A stretch of 64,000 nucleotides of DNA from an uncultured bacterium (GTDB taxonomy: Bacteria > Auribacterota > Erginobacteria > Erginobacterales > Erginobacteraceae): assembly GCA_963822585.1 (NCBI GenBank), contig CAWGIE010000035.1, positions 224,001-288,000 on the forward strand. Reading direction: 5' to 3'. Both the position numbers and the translations under genes were made by a program. The notes beneath the pieces are model-generated. The model saw only the letters and a program-made list of their open reading frames with translations, did not search any database and had not been told where the DNA came from. Positions 60,020 to 64,000 of this stretch are shown one piece after another (the first letter of the stretch is position 1; each line of letters begins with the position of its first letter).

Positions 60020-60209
60020 AATAATCTTAATTTTTTCTGCCCCGATTAATGCTTCGGGGGAGGCCGAAAAAATAAGAATGTGCAAGCATTGAATCGAGAT
60101 TGCGGGGATATTTTAAAATAAATTCGTGTAATCCTTCGGCTACGCTCAGGACAAGTTTCGCGAAATTCGTAGTTTTTTTAATTGCCCGAGCGAAGCGAGG
60201 GCTAAGTTC
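60020..60209 (+). repeat. Composite repeat, family H
   Basis: Matches 36522-36668, including CCTTCGGCTACG(C/T)TCAGGACA. Confidence 0.85.
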
Positions 60210-60252
60210 GGAGATATTCGTAACCAGGGTAGAGAAAGAATGGGAAATGATT

Positions 60253-60646
60253 ATGCCTGAGAATCAAGCGACAGTGGCTCCCGCGTTAAAAAGAGCGGTA
60301 ATTGTTGACGACAATCCCTGCTTCCGGAAAATGCTGCGGCGTGTCTTCTCGCGTTACCCGGCGATCGAGTTGGTGGCGGAGGAGGAGAGCCGGAGAAAGC
60401 AGCCTGGAGCGGATTGCCGCCTTTACCCCCGAACTGGTCACGGTCGATATTAATCTCCCGGGGATGGACGGATTCGAGCTGGCCCGGATACTGAAGGACC
60501 GGTACCCCGGGACCCGGATTCTCTTCATTACCTTCAACGGCAATCCGGCCTTCCGGGAGAAAGCCGGGAGGATGGGCTGCCCGTATATCGAGAAAGAAAA
60601 GCTTCTCGAGGAACTGTCGCCGGTGCTGGAGGAACTCTTTCGTTAG
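60253..60646 (+). CDS. Single-domain response regulator (REC), frameshift near 60385-60395
   Basis: VIVDDN in one frame, VDINLPGMDG...YIEK in another; paralog of 61622-61990. Confidence 0.8.
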
Positions 60647-60683
60647 AATGTACGGCTTGGCTGATGTCTCGAAGCAATTGTTC

Positions 60684-61388
60684 ATGAAAAGGTTATTTAT
60701 CACAGCTCTGATTGTTCTTTTCTCTTCCCCGGTCCTGTGGGCCGGGGAAGATGAGTATGTTTTCGTGGTCAGACAGAATGACACCGCCCGCAGTCTGACG
60801 GAGAGCTACCTGGTACGGCCGACCGCCTGGGAGCGGGTGGTTCAGTACAACTATCTTTTGAAGCCGGGTAATTTCTTAAAAGTGCCGCCCGAGCTGGCTC
60901 GAAAGGAGGGGAGCGCCTTCATCCATTCCCCCAGTGGCGAGGTCGAGGTCAAGCTTGCCGGGGAAAAGGGATGGCTCATCGCCCCCGCCGGGTTGATCCT
61001 GCGGGAGGGAGATACCGTCCGGACCGGCATCGACTCCGGAGTGGTCCTGGAGATGGGGGAGGGGGGGGTCGCCATTCTCCGGGGGGAGACCGAGGTCGTG
61101 TACCGGCCTTACCATCGCCTGCTCGCCGGCCGCGTCAACCGCCTCAGCATCCTCCAGGGCAGACTGGAAGCAAGCATCCCCCACGAATATGAACGGGAAG
61201 TCGGCTATGAGATAGAGACGCCGGATTCGGTATTGGTCCTGTGCGGGACCCGCCTGAGAACGGAAGTCAGCCGGACCGGAGAGGCGCGTTACGAGGTGCT
61301 GGAGGGAGAGATCACCGTCGATGCGGGGGGGCGGAAATACGTCGTTCCCGCGGAGGTCGGTTTAGTCATCCGGAGCGGGGCAAAGTAA
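60684..61388 (+). CDS. Secreted LysM-like + FecR-domain protein
   Basis: Signal peptide, YVFVVRQNDT LysM-like segment, EGDTVRTG, IETPDS, EVLEGEI. Confidence 0.75.
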   Translation: MKRLFITALIVLFSSPVLWAGEDEYVFVVRQNDTARSLTESYLVRPTAWERVVQYNYLLKPGNFLKVPPELARKEGSAFIHSPSGEVEVKLAGEKGWLIAPAGLILREGDTVRTGIDSGVVLEMGEGGVAILRGETEVVYRPYHRLLAGRVNRLSILQGRLEASIPHEYEREVGYEIETPDSVLVLCGTRLRTEVSRTGEARYEVLEGEITVDAGGRKYVVPAEVGLVIRSGAK

Positions 61389-61621
61389 GGAAGAGTGAGT
61401 TTTTAATCTTTTCTTAGATATCAATAATCTTATTTTTTTCTTTGAAAAATAAGAGTGGTATACCTGAAGCAAACAGAAAAATCATATTTCAGGAGGCAAA
61501 TGGTGGCTAATTTAAGAATGGCTTTTTTATGCAATTGCCTCGATTGAATTATTTAGTTTAACCAACAGACCCAACGAAGTTGGGTCTGCTATAAATTTGC
61601 GAGCGCAGCGAACTAATTTAT

Positions 61622-61990
61622 ATGAGACAGTTAAAGACAGCAATCGTGGATGACAACCACGGATTTCAGCGTTTACTGAGGCGGGTCTTCATCCGCTATC
61701 CTTTCATCGAGGTGGTGGCGGGCGTGGAGACCGGGGAAGAGATGCTGACCCGGATGCGGGAAACGGCCCCCGACCTGGTGACGGTGGACATCAATCTCCC
61801 GGGGATGGACGGTTTCGAACTGGCCCGGATGCTCAAGGAACGGTACCCGGGGACGCGGATCATCTTTATCACCCTGAACGGGAACCCGGCCTTCCGGGAA
61901 GAAGCCCGGAAGATGGGGTGCCCCTATATCGAGAAGGACCTCCTTCTGGACGAACTCTCCCCGGCCTTGGAGAGTATAGGCGCGGGATAA
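61622..61990 (+). CDS. Single-domain response regulator (REC)
   Basis: IVDDN, VDINLPGMDG, FIT, YIEK. Confidence 0.9.
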   Translation: MRQLKTAIVDDNHGFQRLLRRVFIRYPFIEVVAGVETGEEMLTRMRETAPDLVTVDINLPGMDGFELARMLKERYPGTRIIFITLNGNPAFREEARKMGCPYIEKDLLLDELSPALESIGAG

Positions 61991-61997
61991 TCGGGGT

Positions 61998-63542
61998 TTG
62001 ATGGAACGGCCGGTTGGCAATTTACTTCATCCGGGGAAAAATATTATCTTAGCTTTGTTATCGGGCGCGGCTCTGGTGCTATCTCTTCCCGGACTGGGGA
62101 TATCCTGGCCGGTCTGGATCGCCATTATCCCGCTTCTGATCGCCGGCGAAACTTCATCTCCTCTCCGGGGGTTTTTGACCGGTTTTATTGCCGGGCTGGT
62201 CGTGGCCGGGGTTGTACTTGGTTTTATGCCCTCAGCCGCGCAGGGTATCGGACTGGGCGTTGCCTTTAGCTGGATCGCATTTCTGGCTTTGATAAGTTAT
62301 TACGGATTATATATCGGTGTATTTTCCTTTACAGTCGCTTTTGTCAGTAAACGTCTTAAACCCGGGAGGAATAATTTTACGGTTGCGGCTTTCCTGATCC
62401 TTATCCCTTCAATCTGGACCGGCCTGGAGTTCATTCATTCCCGGTTACTTCCCGGATTGCCCTGGACGTTTATCTTTCTGGGCTATTTTCTCTGGGAAAA
62501 TACCATCCTGATCCAGATAGCCGATATTACCGGTATTTTCGGTCTTTCTTTTCTGATTGTTCTCGTGAATACCGGGATATATCTCTCTGTGACTCGAAGG
62601 ATGATCATGCCGGCGACAGTAGCCGGTATAGGAATTATCCTGTGCTTGTTTTATGGTAAATATAAATTCCACTCCGGCCCGGTGCTCCCGGATAAACCGG
62701 AATTACGGGTGGCGGTACTTCAGGCTAGTATCCCGGCCGGAGATAAGTGGAATGATGAAAAAGGAGAATTGATCGCCGAGAGATATCTGTCGCTTTGCCT
62801 CCAGGCGGAAAAATTTCATCCTGATCTGGTAATCTGGACTGAGACCGCCATCCCCTGGCCGGTTGCGGAAAGAGACGAACTGGTCGAAGAAGCTCTGAAA
62901 ATCACCCGGGGCTCGCGATCCTGTCACATAATCGGTAACCCGGTCGCGGCGGAAAAAGGAGGTTTTTTCAATAGCGCGCTCCTGGTACTCCCCGATGGTC
63001 GGGTGGTGCAGCGCTATGATAAAAACCGCCTGCTTTCCTTTGTCGAAAGCAGCCGCTCCGAACACTCTTCTTCTCGCCGGGATCCCGGTGGAGCAAGTTA
63101 TCAGCCCGGAAGGGATAGGAACATCCTGAACACCCCCCGGGGAAAGGCGGGAATCAGTATCTGTAATGAAAATTTTTATCCGGAAATGATCCGGGAATCA
63201 GTCCGGGACGGGGCGGAGTTTTTGATTAACCTGACAAATGACGCCTGGTGGCCCGACCGATTCCGCCTCACCGGACATTTCCTCTTCAATATTTTTCGGG
63301 CCGTGGAGAATCGCCGGGCAATGGTGGTGGCTTCCAATGTGGGAATATCAGCCCTGATTGACGAGCGGGGAGTGATAATAAAGCAATCCCCTTTACGGCA
63401 ACCGTATACTTTAACCGGGAAAATAGGGATGTCTTCTTATTTAACTTTTTATACCCGTTATGGAGATTTATTCGCTTGCGGCTCTCTCTTGATTTCCGGC
63501 GTCGGCATTATTGCATTCATTGCCAGGAAATGGAAGCCATGA
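61998..63542 (+). CDS. lnt: Apolipoprotein N-acyltransferase
   Basis: GLPW..LGY, WTETA, YDKNRL, ICNE, NLTNDAW, RAVENRR, TFYTRYGD. Confidence 0.92.
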   Translation: MMERPVGNLLHPGKNIILALLSGAALVLSLPGLGISWPVWIAIIPLLIAGETSSPLRGFLTGFIAGLVVAGVVLGFMPSAAQGIGLGVAFSWIAFLALISYYGLYIGVFSFTVAFVSKRLKPGRNNFTVAAFLILIPSIWTGLEFIHSRLLPGLPWTFIFLGYFLWENTILIQIADITGIFGLSFLIVLVNTGIYLSVTRRMIMPATVAGIGIILCLFYGKYKFHSGPVLPDKPELRVAVLQASIPAGDKWNDEKGELIAERYLSLCLQAEKFHPDLVIWTETAIPWPVAERDELVEEALKITRGSRSCHIIGNPVAAEKGGFFNSALLVLPDGRVVQRYDKNRLLSFVESSRSEHSSSRRDPGGASYQPGRDRNILNTPRGKAGISICNENFYPEMIRESVRDGAEFLINLTNDAWWPDRFRLTGHFLFNIFRAVENRRAMVVASNVGISALIDERGVIIKQSPLRQPYTLTGKIGMSSYLTFYTRYGDLFACGSLLISGVGIIAFIARKWKP

Positions 63543-63630
63543 TAGCCGGCCATTCGGTATATTCAATTCGCTAAAGTATGTTATACTGATAACATGGTGA
63601 TTGCCGCGAATTTTTCAGTTAATTCAAAAG

Positions 63631-64000
63631 ATGAAGATAAATAAATACATTTTATGGCTGATATTGGCGGCGGGAATCCTGTCCGGGAGCGAAAATATCT
63701 TCGCTTTACCCAATGTTGTTCAGGAACATTACCGCTGGCGCAATGATGATGGGTCTCAGGCCGCCGCTACCTGGAAAGCCCCGCAGGACAGTCTTTATTC
63801 CGGCCAGAAACGGAATGAAAATATCCGTCTCCGGTTCGCCATTGCCAATACCGGCGGCGGAGCGGCCAATAACTATCGTTACCTGCTGGAATACGCCACC
63901 ACCACCAGCGGAACCTGGGGATCGGTGCCGGTCAGCGCCGGGAGCGAGCCGTTCGAGATGACCACCACCTCCAATTACGCTGATGGTGATTCAACCACCA
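63631..64000 (+). CDS. Secreted/surface protein, N-terminal part (runs off the window)
   Basis: Manual translation: MKINKYILWLILAAGILSGSENIFALPNVVQEHYRWRNDDGSQAAATWKA...NIRLRF; open to the window end. Confidence 0.75.
   Translation, partial: MKINKYILWLILAAGILSGSENIFALPNVVQEHYRWRNDDGSQAAATWKAPQDSLYSGQKRNENIRLRFAIANTGGGAANNYRYLLEYATTTSGTWGSVPVSAGSEPFEMTTTSNYADGDSTT

Noticed and set aside
1..64000. tRNA, rRNA, prophage or integron
   Set aside because: No cloverleaf/T-loop context, rRNA-like tract, phage genes or integrase recognised by eye; a tRNAscan/Infernal run would be needed to exclude small RNAs.

Overview
GC-rich chromosomal segment from a diderm bacterium (LpxH, Lnt, several outer-membrane beta-barrels). 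Gene content suggests an anaerobic fermenter: Na+-pumping acyl-CoA decarboxylase subunits, a Ptb-Buk fusion, class II aldolase and Pfk. Most genes are housekeeping or envelope genes. Four things stand out. (1) A lipid-trafficking locus at 10.4-20.2 kb whose MMPL + PhnD-like periplasmic protein + TPR/TatT-like lipoprotein trio has the architecture of the BstABC sterol-transport system. It is flanked by a FadL-type channel, an HpnA/3-beta-HSD-like SDR and a GT2, with no triterpene cyclase in view. (2) A polyprenol-P-sugar synthase followed by four tandem TPR-bearing GT-C membrane enzymes (two TMTC-like, two PMT/ArnT-like), plus a DUF2723/TMEM260-like gene: a candidate protein-glycosylation system. 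(3) A dense set of nested, modular intergenic repeats (a ~280-bp MITE-like element, 7-mer and 9-mer period palindromes, GTAG-type REPs, 24-27-bp-arm palindromes), some of which supply stop codons or sit right before start codons. (4) An IS with an extra internal inverted repeat, and a low-GC TA/nucleotidyltransferase cassette. About ten genes carry frameshifts, mostly at homopolymers; these are most likely long-read sequencing errors. No rRNA, tRNA or CRISPR array was recognised. All family assignments come from motif recognition by eye, not from database searches.
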